From positions 93,062,001 to 93,126,000 of the forward strand of contig OX597824.1 of assembly GCA_951406725.2 (NCBI GenBank): DNA of 64,000 nt, read 5' to 3'. Below are positions 29,423-41,350 of this stretch, piece by piece (within the stretch, counting starts at the first letter, position 1; each line of letters begins with the position of its first letter). The translations under genes and the position numbers were made by a program. The DNA comes from Octopus vulgaris. Its lineage: Eukaryota. Under the pieces are notes generated by a model. The model ran no database searches and was not told where the DNA came from. It saw only the letters and a list, made by a program, of their open reading frames with translations.

Positions 29423-29482
29423 GGCTCTGATGAAGCTGTAAGGTGTTACTCAAGCACTTAGATATGGAAACAGCTGTAAGCT
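29423..29482 (+). ncRNA. Minimal type I hammerhead ribozyme-like motif
   Basis: GGCT-CTGATGA-[stem II containing TAAGGTG/CACTTA]-GAAAC-AGCT-GTA-AGCT. The core is intact and stem III is palindromic, but the base of stem II is poorly paired. Confidence 0.45.
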
Positions 29483-30055
29483 AATGACGTTATTAAGGCA
29501 ATCATTTATTTCTTTATCCTCTCTTTTTTCGTATATAAAGAAGTTCTGTACCGAGCCGTACTGTCGAGCAATTAAGCTACCGTGGCATGATGCCGTCTCT
29601 GCTGGTCGGGACACCTTATACTTATGCCTCAAACGCGCATACTCCGCCAACTACTGTTGCGGAATTGCCCTCAGGTACCAGACTCCGCGAAGCTCCCAAA
29701 TTTCGTGTGAGAGCCAGCTTAAGGTCACTCACCTCCGCTGCTCCATTCCTCCAAATACCTCGGATCGGAGACAATCGCAACGACCACCCAAACAGAATTG
29801 ACGGGAAATAACAGATGTCAAGGGGCAGATATCAAAGTTAGAGGACGCAATTAGCAACTCGCACTTCCACCTCCCCGCCAACCCTAATCTGCGATAAATG
29901 CCCACTCACTCCTCCATACCATCCTTGGCCTGAAAAGCCACCACAAACACCGGTACACTCCGACTCCATCGAGATAAAGAAACTCCCTAACTCGCTATAA
30001 ATTTAATATAGGTACGCGAGATAATGCCAAAGACGACTATATATATATATATATA

Positions 30056-30180
30056 CGACGGGCTTCTTTCAGTTTCCATCTACCAAATCCACTCACAAGG
30101 CTATAGTAAAAGACACTTACCGAAGGCGCCACGGAACCATGTGGTTGGCAAGCAAGCTACTTACCACACAGCCACTCCTG

Positions 30181-30181
<1 letters not shown>
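30056..30181 (-). mobile_element. SINE family C 5' half with deletions
   Basis: GACGGGCTTCTTTCAGTTTCC...CCACACAGCCACTCCTG. Confidence 0.75.
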
Positions 30182-30252
<71 letters not shown>

Positions 30253-31280
30253 AGGACGATTTAGAGAGAGAGTACAGAGGCGGGAATGAAGTAAGAGTGG
30301 TTATGAATATTGTGCAGACCATGGCTGTATTATTTATGAGATTTGATGGTTTCTTTAACTCTATGTTAGACATACAGACATTTTCCATTTTCTCTAATTT
30401 CATAACATGCTTCTTATATTCCGGCTTATGTAATTTCACAATTTAACTTATTTTTCAGTGAAATAGTGTCCTTCCTTGTTATTATGGTTTTCTGTATTTT
30501 GTTTTTCTCAATTCCACTAAATATATGAACGATTGTACAAATTCTATATACTAAAATCCTAGACTATTTTTTTCCTCAACGACTGTTATAAGCATTTATC
30601 TTCTTGTCTGGCTTTGTTTGTATATTCCAAATAAACACAGTATCTTATCTTGATAACTTCAGCCTAATGTCTTCCGTTTTGGATATTTTCATTTCTTTTT
30701 TTTTTTTTGTTTCTGTATTTGTTTTTGCCACATAATGTCAGTTGGAATACTTGCATCTTTGCAGCATTCGCACCATTTACGATTACTCGGCATAAGTTAT
30801 TGCCATTTTGCAGCATACTCTTCAGCATAGGGATCAAGTCAGTCCATAAGCTACGAACGGAATAAGGGATCAAAAGTCAGATCCGTTTCTTTTCGATGAA
30901 TCTGGATACCGACATTATTTTCCACTTAAGTTTAAACAGCTTCTTAAATAGAATGGGTGCGCTTAGAAAATAATGCATCGTTGCTAATGACTACCGTTTA
31001 AAATATACCAAGTACAATTTTCAATTTCCGAGATTTCTGTCAATTTTCAATCTCCTTTAGTTATTGAATTCACTTAATTGGACCATGCATGGTCTATGGT
31101 AAGAACTTTTACTCCCAACCCGAGCGTATAAATCAGTGTGTTACTGTCTTGTTATGGCATGGTAGAGCAGGTGTGTCGCTTAGTGCATTATGCATTCGAT
31201 TAGGATTGTAAAAGTGTGTGCATGATTCCCCAGCGGCGCATTTTGTTCTTGAGCAAGACGCTTTAGATGTGTATGTATGC

Positions 31281-31400
31281 ATGTCATTATTTAGCTTATT
31301 TCAAGGTTACTTAACAATAGAGAAGAAAAAGGTTTCTAACCTAGGTCCAAGCTTCCTTCATTAGAATTTCAACATCAATAACGGAGTATTTTTATTCGTA
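31281..31400 (-). mobile_element. Third, short copy of the same 3' UTR
   Basis: ATGTCATTATTTAG...GGTTTCTAACCTAGGTCCAAG...CTTCATTAGAATTTCAACATCAA flanked by TATG repeats. Confidence 0.6.
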
Positions 31401-33746
31401 TCTACGAATGTATGTATGTAAATTTTTTTAAAAAAACGGAGAACAAACACAAGAAATAACAACACGAGGGCGTGTTACATGCAAAGTGTTAGCAGACGCT
31501 CACATGTTCGACGTTCAACACTTACACCTATGCAAAGGAAAACGCATACATGAAAACGCTGGAAACAATAATATGAACAGAAATGACGACAGATGGAAGG
31601 GCAATATACATCGATTTTTGTTTGTTTTGTTTTCGTTTTATTTTTTGGCAAACATTTTATTTCATGTAGAGTACCATCTGAAGTGATGTGGTTGATATGG
31701 TGAATATATATGTTTTATATGCATCACTAAATACCTATTAGCCACAACGATAATATGACTCTTTAATTCTCGAGTTGGAAGAAACCACGAATTATAGTCA
31801 GGTGTCATCAAAAGGCGCGGTGAGTTTGAACCCATTTATGGCCAAAATAGCTAACGCAATGAACCTACTTTATAAGTTTTGCTATTTCACTGATTTATGC
31901 TGATTATGTAATCATACAGATTCTATACAGGAAGTCTGCAGCTCTTTATATCAACACTTTCTGACAATTCTATTGAAGTGTTCGCAACCCAAATGCTGCA
32001 ACTGCAAAACTCGTATATGTTCTATAATTATATGTTCTATAATTATATGTTCTATAATTAGAATCTGCCCCACTATTTTCAATAATAATTTCTATGAAAA
32101 ATATATTTCCACCCATTGCTTCACCAGTAACCAGCATTTCCAATCGTAATATACTAATTCCATACTTTCAGGCGTATTGCTTAGTCTTTGGTCGATTCCT
32201 TGAGAGAATATGTTGTGATCTTCATATATAAGTTGTGAATTACGTAACTGACAACGGAATGCTTTGGTTTATTTTCCATTCGGCCTCTCAGCAGAATATG
32301 TAACAGGAGAGCCCTATCACTCAGACAGTCCTATGACAATGATGCTATTTTCAACGATGTAGTGGTCGAATTATTTGGCCGATATAACTGGGTGTTGTTC
32401 AAGGTTATTGGAATAATCTGAGTATCTCGATTTCTCTATGATGCAATATCAATAACTTCCTTTTCTTTAAGGTTCCTTGTGCAAGTATTTTGTCTGGTTC
32501 GACTGCTTTTTGGTAAAGGGCTTCTTGCAACTAAAAAAATCAATTTGTGCGGATCGAGCATCTTAAATGTGCTTTTCAGACCCCGTCACTTCTGGGTAGC
32601 TCGGTGCTATTTAAATGGGCATCTTTGTCACCCGAGAAGGTTATCAGTAGGAAAATCTAAAATTACCTCTGTAATATTTTACTCATCAACTGATATCAGT
32701 ATCCAGGTGTCAGGAACCACTGCACCAATGCTTCTAGTAGAAGATAAAAACATATACGTGGGTTATACATAACAACAACTTTCCGGAGAAAAATTTCTAA
32801 ACAAAAAAAATGTATTTTGATAGTTTTTTATAGATTTTATAATGCTGCCAAATTCTATTATATAACAAAACCAATCTTCTTTAGATTTCTGCTGAGATAT
32901 TTTGTATATCTGAAACTTTTAGTTCTTTTACAATGAAGTAGTGTTAATTTTTGTTGCTTTTATCTTTATTCCTATTTATTTTTGAATTCCACAAAACATT
33001 GACGATTGCACAAATTCTGAACATCAAAATGTTTATTTTTTTATGAAAATTTCTGTTATAAGCATTCATCTTCCAGTCTCTGTTTGCATTTTATTCCAGA
33101 CAACAATAATATTTTATTTCTATTTCTTATCTTTATAACTACAACCAGCTTTCTTCTCTCCTACCATATATATATCGTCAGTGGAATATTTGCTTAGTTG
33201 CCGCATTCTCACCGTTTAAACTAACTGGCCAAAAGTTATTGTCTTGGGATATGCTGTTGGATCTAGATCAAGATGTTCAATACCACATCACATAAACCTT
33301 TAATAAACCAACAGATTATGAGTTAGAATTGGTCGGCGTTTTGGTCACATGACACTAAAAACAAACGATGTATCTTTGTCAATAAATGACATTAAAGCAG
33401 TTTCGATTCCAAGTTGCCCTTTTGATTAGAGAACTTTCTGTTAATATTCAATCTTATCAAATATTCTGTTGTATTAATAGAATATGAGATAATTCATTGT
33501 TTTGGTTTTTTTATACGTGTATAAAGTCATAAATTAGTTTCGTTGTTTCTAGTAGTAAATCATTCTGTACGCCTATTGTGTGCACAGTTTCAATCTATAT
33601 CTTTCTTACATTTCTTTCCTTGTATATTTATTAAATTTATAATTATTAAATTCATAATTATAATCATTAAATATTTCTGGACTGTGCGATTTTTAATTAC
33701 GGTTATAAATGCTTAAATTTTTTGTAATTATTTTATATAAATATAT

Positions 33747-33870
33747 TACGTTCTGTGGTTGACTTTGCCGTTCATGCTTTCGGAGGTGGATAAATAAAGT
33801 ACTATATATGCAATGGGTTCGATGGAATCGACTTTAGTTCTCACCCGACAGTTCTAGCTTGTGCCTAATT
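33747..33870 (+). mobile_element. Degenerate SINE family B fragment
   Basis: GTTGACTTTGCCGTTCATGCTTTCGGAGGTGGATAAATAAAGTAC core. Confidence 0.55.
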
Positions 33871-33897
33871 TTGAAACTATTATTATTATTATTATTA

Positions 33898-34012
<115 letters not shown>

Positions 34013-34020
34013 CATTATTA

Positions 34021-34054
<34 letters not shown>

Positions 34055-34070
34055 CATCATCATTATCATT

Positions 34071-34372
34071 ACCTTTGCCCAGCTTCTAACGCTGGAGATG
34101 CACTACGGTGTCAGCTGTTCTCTACTGCTAAATTAAGGTAACACGTCTTAATTTTCGAGCACCTTTCGGAGGATTCGAGCAGTTCCAAGCAGTGATGTTT
34201 TCTGCAAGTGCTCCACCCTTCTTTCTTGCAGCCCCTATTCGTTCCACGTACTTTTCGAGATTTTTGCTCACTCTTCAAAAGGGCTTCAACAATTATTGGT
34301 GCTACTTAAACTTTTTTCATCGACCACATCTGCTTAACTTCCCAAGCTAACCTGTCATATCTCTCAACTTTT
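34071..34372 (-). pseudogene. R4/Dong-clade 3' fragment, same family as 58435-58992, inside an (ATT)n array
   Basis: Minus strand VEHLQKTSLLGTARILRKVLEN*; 3' UTR ACAGCTGACACCGTAGTGCATCTCCAGCGTTAGAA matches 58923-58957. Confidence 0.8.
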
Positions 34373-34389
34373 CATTACTATTATTGTTG

Positions 34390-34421
<32 letters not shown>

Positions 34422-34976
34422 GAGTGAGAGAGCAGTGCATGCCATCAAAGTGACACTGGGGTAAAATATACGAAGCCCAATATACCCATCATGACTACCC
34501 GTCTGATAAAGGTACACCAGGCACATGCATCACAACCATATGTGCGCGACATGGTGATCTCATATCAAGATAAACAGCACGTGACCTTGCAGGTGGGGCC
34601 CAGTTAGAATTTTCTTCAGGTTGAGTAGCCCATCCCGCTCAAAAGGTCCCTGAATAAGGGTTGTTTAAGGATGTTGAAAGAACCACCCATGTTTCCAGAG
34701 GTGAATTATTCAAACCTCCAAGAATCCCTCTCAACATATGGCTATGATGCTCCCCCACTACTTCTGCTCGTGATCAGAGATGCACATATCGTCAGCCCCT
34801 AAGGGACATGCTCAACTGGTTATGGTCAAACAACTGACAAGCAAATCTGTGGTATTGAGCAGAATATTTGCTGTAGCCCATCTTTTATACCAAGACAAAA
34901 CAATGTACGTGATAACACTTCCATTCAGTTAAGATCAGAAGCCATGAGAGCCACTGCCTGGTACTGCATCAGGGCA

Positions 34977-34977
<1 letters not shown>
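34422..34977. mobile_element. ~555-bp non-coding element embedded in an (ATT)n array
   Basis: Complex, balanced-GC sequence with sharp boundaries against pure ATT repeats on both sides; no ORF of 60 aa or more. Confidence 0.6.
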
Positions 34978-35047
<70 letters not shown>

Positions 35048-35085
35048 ATTATTATTATTATTATTATGATCATTATTATTGTTAT

Positions 35086-35170
<85 letters not shown>

Positions 35171-35879
35171 GTTGTTGTTGTTGTTGTTACTGTCATTATT
35201 ATTATTATCATCATCATCATCATCATTATCATCATCATCATCATTACGATATTTAATATTTTTGTTACCTTTATTTACATTTTTTTTTTTCTATTAATGA
35301 AAAAAATCGAATTACTAATATATTTTTTATTTGTTTCGTTTACCGCATCTTTTTTTTTTTTTTAATTTGTAGATGGAATTGTGCTCACGAGTAATTATGG
35401 AGATGGCAAGACTGCTTTCGCCCCCACACACCTACCTACCTACCTACCTACCTACCTGATATAAATTCAAAAAATGTATGTGTCACAATGCATTTGATTA
35501 TCTCCCCGTGTTTCGTTATGGCGAGGCAGAATCTAAAGCTATCTTTTATAAAATTAATATTCATAGTTCATTCAATTTAATTTTTTTTTCCTCTACAATA
35601 AAGACGCTAACGCAAATTTTTCTCTTACAAACTTTTATCGTCTAATGTGTTTAGTCCTGATTAAATATGGATAACGCCAGGAAAAACAGACATAGGGGAA
35701 GAAAATCACTGACAACAACAGTTGCAGCACGACAATAACAACGACGGTTGTAATATTAACAACAACAACAACAACAGCAACAACAATAACAATAACAACT
35801 GAGTCGGTAGTAGCGTGAATTCTCAGTCGTAATGGCAGTAGTTTTGTGAACTAAAAGTACAAGTACTTTATGAACCAGA

Positions 35880-36605
35880 TTGAGATTAAAGAGAGGAAAT
35901 CGGTTGGGGGGGGAAGGTTATGGTGGATGTGTGTGTGTGGAAATGCAGAAAGAGCAGGAGTTGTAGGGGAGAGAAAGAGGAGGAGGAGCAGGAGGAGGGG
36001 AGAAGAAGATGAGGGAGAAGGAGTCGAAGAAAAAGAGGGAAGAAGGAGGGGGAGAGGAAGAGAGGAAGAAGAAGGAGGAATAGGAGAAGAACACACGAAG
36101 GAGGACAAGAAGAAAAAGAAAAAGGAGAAGAAGAGGAGAAGAAGGAAAAGGGGAAGAAGAAGATGAAGAAGAAGAAGGGGAAGAATGAGAGGAAAAGGAC
36201 GAAGAAAGAGGGGGCAGGAGGGGAGAAAGAAGGGAGGAAGCAGAAGGAGGGGCGGAGTAGAAGGAGGAGGAGAAAAAGGAGGAGGAGGAATACGAAGTGG
36301 AGGAGTAACAGAGGAGGACGAGAAGGAGAAAAATGAGAAGAAGAAGAAGAAAACGAAGAAAGTGGTGGAGGTGGATGAGGGGAAGAGGAAGTGGAAGGGC
36401 GAGGTAGAAGAAGAAGAAGAAGAAGAAGAGGTAGAAGAAGAAGCAGAGGAAGAGGGAGAGGAATGAGAAGGAGAAGAAGAAGAAGAAATAGAAGCAGAGG
36501 AAGAGGGAGAGGACGGAGAAGGAGAAGGAGAAGAAGAAGTAGATGAAGAAGAAGAAGAAGAAGAAGAAGAAGAAGAAGAAGAAGGAGAATGAGGAGGAGA
36601 GGAGG
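35880..36605 (+). repeat. ~700-bp polypurine (GAA/GGA) low-complexity tract
   Basis: Almost exclusively G/A on the plus strand. Confidence 0.95.
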
Positions 36606-37048
36606 CGGTGATACTACTACTGAGGATGAGGAGCAATGACGATGATGCTGATGATCCTGGTAATGGTGGTGGTGGTCATGGTGGTTGTGACGTTGATGAC
36701 AGTGCTTCATCATCATCATCATCATCATCATCATTCTCATTGCCAACATTACCACCACCAACGCTAAGATTAATTTTTTGTTCTTTCTCTTGATCTGCTT
36801 CTTCTTCCTTTTCTTCTTCTTCTTCTTCTTCTTCTTCTTCTTCTCCTTCTCCTCCTTCTTCTTCTTCTTCTTCTCCTTCTTCTTCTTCTTTCTATGCCAG
36901 CAGCTTCATCATCGTCACCGCCCTCGTGCTTGTCGTTTACTGTCATCTTTAAACATTAGTTATTTTGTCTTTGCTAAAGACTTTGGCGTAGCACAAAATA
37001 CACAAACATTTTATTACTGCATCCAAGAATTCATTCATGTTCTACACA

Positions 37049-37544
<496 letters not shown>

Positions 37545-37547
37545 ATG

Positions 37548-37590
37548 ATTCGAACCTGGGTTCTCATTCCTAAGGTATTTTTCGATGTTA

Positions 37591-37628
<38 letters not shown>

Positions 37629-37700
37629 TAGGTCACAGCCTGGAATCGAACTCGGAATCTTGGTGTTAGTAGCCCGCGCTCTTAACCACTACACCATATG
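37548..37700 (-). mobile_element. tRNA-like SINE head followed by (TAA)n
   Basis: Minus strand TGGTGTAGTGGTTAAGAGCGCGGGCTACTAACACCAAGATTCCGAGTTCGATTCCAGGC carries A and B boxes but no intact acceptor stem. Confidence 0.6.
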
Positions 37701-37969
37701 TTCCGTGGGCATATGTCGTAGTGGCTGTCCTGAAATTTAGATCACATTGTTTACTATTCTTCTGCTAGGGTAAAATCCATACCAGCTATGTACTACGTTT
37801 CATTCTACGACCTATACAGCTCCGCAATAATTTTCATGCCACCTGCCAGGTTTAGAAATGAATAAAGTGAAACGATGTTGTGGAGGAGGTAATAGTATTT
37901 TTTTCTTTCTTTTATTTAGTTTCAGCTCAGAGCTGCGGCCATGGTGATGGACGCCGTTTAAAAGCAATG

Positions 37970-38056
37970 TGCCCCAGGTCAGGATCGAACTCACGACCTT
38001 CAGATTCCTCTACAGATTTGGTTTGATTATGAGACTGCCAACTGCGCTACTGAGGC
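37970..38056 (-). pseudogene. Intron-containing elongator tRNA-Met(CAT) pseudogene
   Basis: Minus strand GCCTCAGTAGCGCAGTTGG-CAGTCTCATA-[22-nt intron ATCAAACCAAATCTGTAGAGGA]-ATCTGAAGGTCGTGAGTTCGATCCTGACCTGGGGCA. The acceptor stem pairs fully and the exons resemble metazoan elongator tRNA-Met. The 3' strand of the D-stem (~8 nt) is missing and the T-stem has one mismatch. Confidence 0.8.
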
Positions 38057-38911
38057 ACTGTTGTTGTTTTTTTTAATAACAGAAGATAATTAATACCATC
38101 CCTTGTTATTTGGTTATGCATTTCCTATACATTCCAGATTCAAATAACACAGGCGTCAATAATTGTAGACCCACGAAATTAAGTGTCTCTTAAATACAGA
38201 GGTCGTTTGTAATGGACAAACAATTTTCGCTTCATAGCTGAATTTGAAATCATTATTAGTCGGATAAATGAAATGAATTGGATCCAACAGGGATAAGAAA
38301 GCAGATTTGTGGTGTCATCTTGCTGATGTGATATTATAGTAGAATGGCTTAATGTATAACAATAGCAACATTAGAAAGATTAACAAATTAACAGCAGCAC
38401 CAATAATGGTGACACTTAATCGCGTAATCTAACTGATCATCCGTATTTCTACATCTAAATGTTTGTTGTTTAAAATTTGTTTTCAATAAATCATTTTGTG
38501 CAGGTAATTGGAGCTAAGTGCGTGTTTTAATTGACACATTAGTAGTAACGAGCTGACATTTTAATGGTTAAATTCTGATTCACTAATGGTTTATATGTTG
38601 GTGTATTATTAGTTATATACCTGCACGTTAATGTTTGTATACTGGTATGTAAGGATTTGTTTATAGGTTTTCCGAGAGGAACAGGCTTCCTATGTTACCT
38701 CTGAGACCGATACATTTTATGGACAGAATCTTCTATAAATCAACGCCTCTGGATAATAATTTTACATGTTTACACAGTGATCAGAGGAAGGAGGTGATAT
38801 ATTATTGGCGTTTAGCAGAGAGATTAATACAGAGAGTGTGATTTTGTGACAGAGGTATGTACGAAAACACTTCATAGTTATACAGACCTATGTTGCGGCG
38901 GTAGATTAGAC

Positions 38912-39112
38912 CAGTGCTGTTCAAACTTTTTGCTGGAGCGGAACCCCAAGGAAACATTCCACTGGCTCGAGGAACCCCTGTGCAATAATTTAATAGTCTT
39001 ATGCACACATATCTGCACAGGAAAATTAAAAATCACTGTCGATTTTAGCATTTTTGTAACTTCTTGCGGAACCCTTGGACTGTACTGGCGGAACCCTGGT
39101 TGAAAACCACTG
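38912..39112. mobile_element. hAT (Charlie/Buster-like) MITE, 201 bp
   Basis: Perfect 8-bp TSD GATTAGAC (38904-38911 and 39113-39120); TIRs CAGTGCTGTTCAA / TTGAAAACCACTG; four GGAACCC subterminal repeats. Confidence 0.9.
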
Positions 39113-39269
39113 GATTAGACAGATAGTGATACGCAACGGTAGGTCTGTTGGCCAAAGATGGTAAAGTGTAGGAAAGACAATACCAGAACGGCTTCTGTGG
39201 GTAACACATTCCAGAACTGTATTTCACATGGCAGTGTTTGTCAGTAATTTATGTGTGTGTGTGAGTTTG

Positions 39270-39575
39270 AGAGAAGGAATTGGAGAGGGCACTTGCTCCT
39301 AGAGTTTCAGGGAAAACTCGGACAGTGGATTATCGCTGGAGGCGTCCCTGTATCAGGGGGGAACTACATCACTATCATCCCGCCCCTATTTTTTAACCTC
39401 TGTATACAATGCATCTGTCTCCCTCTTTTCCAGTGTATATCGTGTATACTTTATTTTAATTTTATTTTTTATTTTTTATTCATCATTTCATTATTATATG
39501 TAAACCCCAACATGTTATGCCTGTCTCTGTATTGTCCCTCTCATCCTTCGCCCTTGTGGCAAATAAATGAAATCA
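39270..39575 (+). mobile_element. Probable L1/Tx1-like LINE 3' UTR
   Basis: Homologous to 56565-56830 (reverse complement); ends CCCTTGTGGCAAATAAATGAAAT followed by (ATT)n. Confidence 0.45.
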
Positions 39576-39659
39576 TTATTAATATTATTATTATGATTGT
39601 TATTATTATTATTATTACTATTATTATTATTGTTGTTGTTGTTGTTATTGTTGTTGCTG

Positions 39660-40160
39660 TTATATGTTTGATTTTATTTTGTATTTGTACAAATTGGTTC
39701 CAAGTCTCACCCAAAACCTCAAGAGGCAAGTTAGAAGTTCATGTTGGTGTTATGCCTAGGGTGTCATATATTTGGTTTTGCACATAGCGATGTTCTAGAG
39801 AATGTTTAAGAAAACATAAGAAAATTATGAGTTTGTTTTAAAATTTTAAATTAGATAGACAGTATTTTACGTAGGATATGGGCAGTTCCCATGAGCACTA
39901 TCTTTTGATTTTCTGCAATTTTGGGGTTAAACTGTTATCTGATCTAGGTAGCAATTAGCCCCTTTTGCCATCATTCCTAGCATACCTATGACAACAAGTA
40001 TTGTTTTAGTCTCCACATTTTGCCAAATTCTATTTCAAGATATTTATACTTGCTAAGTTTTTGGCAGGTCTTGACAGATACGTTTATATCGATTAGGACA
40101 GTCATATCAAAGAGGAGGTAGGATTTTTGTCTGAAGTCTTTCATTATGATGTCTGGACGA
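39660..40160 (-). pseudogene. R4/Dong-clade 3' fragment
   Basis: RPDIIMKDF...FDMTVLID...QKLSKYKYLEIEFGKMW; 3' UTR GGGTGAGACTTGGAACCAATTTGTACAAAT, then (AAC/AAT)n. Confidence 0.8.
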
Positions 40161-40375
40161 GATTGGACGTTGACATTAGGTGATGTCAACACCGTCTACG
40201 TGTTCTCTGCATGTAAACATTGCTCGTAACGTAGCTTCTTAAGGCTGACAGGTTTTGTATTCGTCTGTGTATTTTTTTTTTGTTTTCTGGTTGATAGATT
40301 CATTTCCGGGCATAGTTTTTGGGGTATTTTTAAACTTATGAATTGTTTATTCTTTCTGTGTTAGTTATTATTATC

Positions 40376-40687
<312 letters not shown>

Positions 40688-40768
40688 TTTTAAACTTATG
40701 AATTGTTTATTCTTTCTGTGTTAGTTATTATTATCATTATTGTAGTATAGTATTAGTATTATTATTAT

Positions 40769-40816
<48 letters not shown>

Positions 40817-41095
40817 GAGGAGGAGTAGTAGTAGGAGCGACGTCAATTTACGGTTATGGTCTTTCATTATCTAAGCTACATCAGCATTGTTATAATTATT
40901 AACAGAATCATTAAAATTCTCTTCCTCATTTACATTCGAGATTCATTAAAAATCATAACTCCACCACACACCTTACACACACCCGAGATGTTTTTAGTAT
41001 ATCTAAAGGACAATATTTATCTGTTGTTCAATTAGTGATCTGACAAACTCATAATCCAGCATTTAATTTATAAATACTTTCTTATATTCAAAGAC

Positions 41096-41350
41096 ATTAT
41101 GTAAAGTATAGAAGCCATCTTAATATGGCTAACCACAAAGCGGGGTGTTACTGTAGCTCTATAGCCCCAGGAGATCATCGTCTCCAGATGGCTTTAGACA
41201 CCATTTCAGTGCCCTTGAAGTATTTGCAAATGGAGGCAAATGGAGTGATACGCACTCGGAGACGATGATCTCCTGGGGCTATAGAGCTACATTAACACGC
41301 CCTCCCCTTTGTGGTTAGCCATATTAAGATGGCTTCTGTACTTTACATTA
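41096..41350. repeat. ~95-bp near-perfect inverted repeat with ~65-bp spacer
   Basis: ATGTAAAGTATAGAAGCCATCTTAATATGGCTAACCACAAAG...GGAGATCATCGTCTCC and its reverse complement at 41257-41348. Confidence 0.9.

Noticed and set aside
32015-32060. 15-bp unit repeated three times (TATATGTTCTATAAT)
   Set aside because: Ordinary slippage minisatellite with no further structure.
35851-36761. 261-aa and 291-aa Ser/Pro/Leu-rich ORFs
   Set aside because: Products of the GA-rich low-complexity tract.
37970-38056. Functional tRNA-Met gene
   Set aside because: The 3' strand of the D-stem is deleted and the T-stem has a G-G mismatch; reported as a pseudogene.
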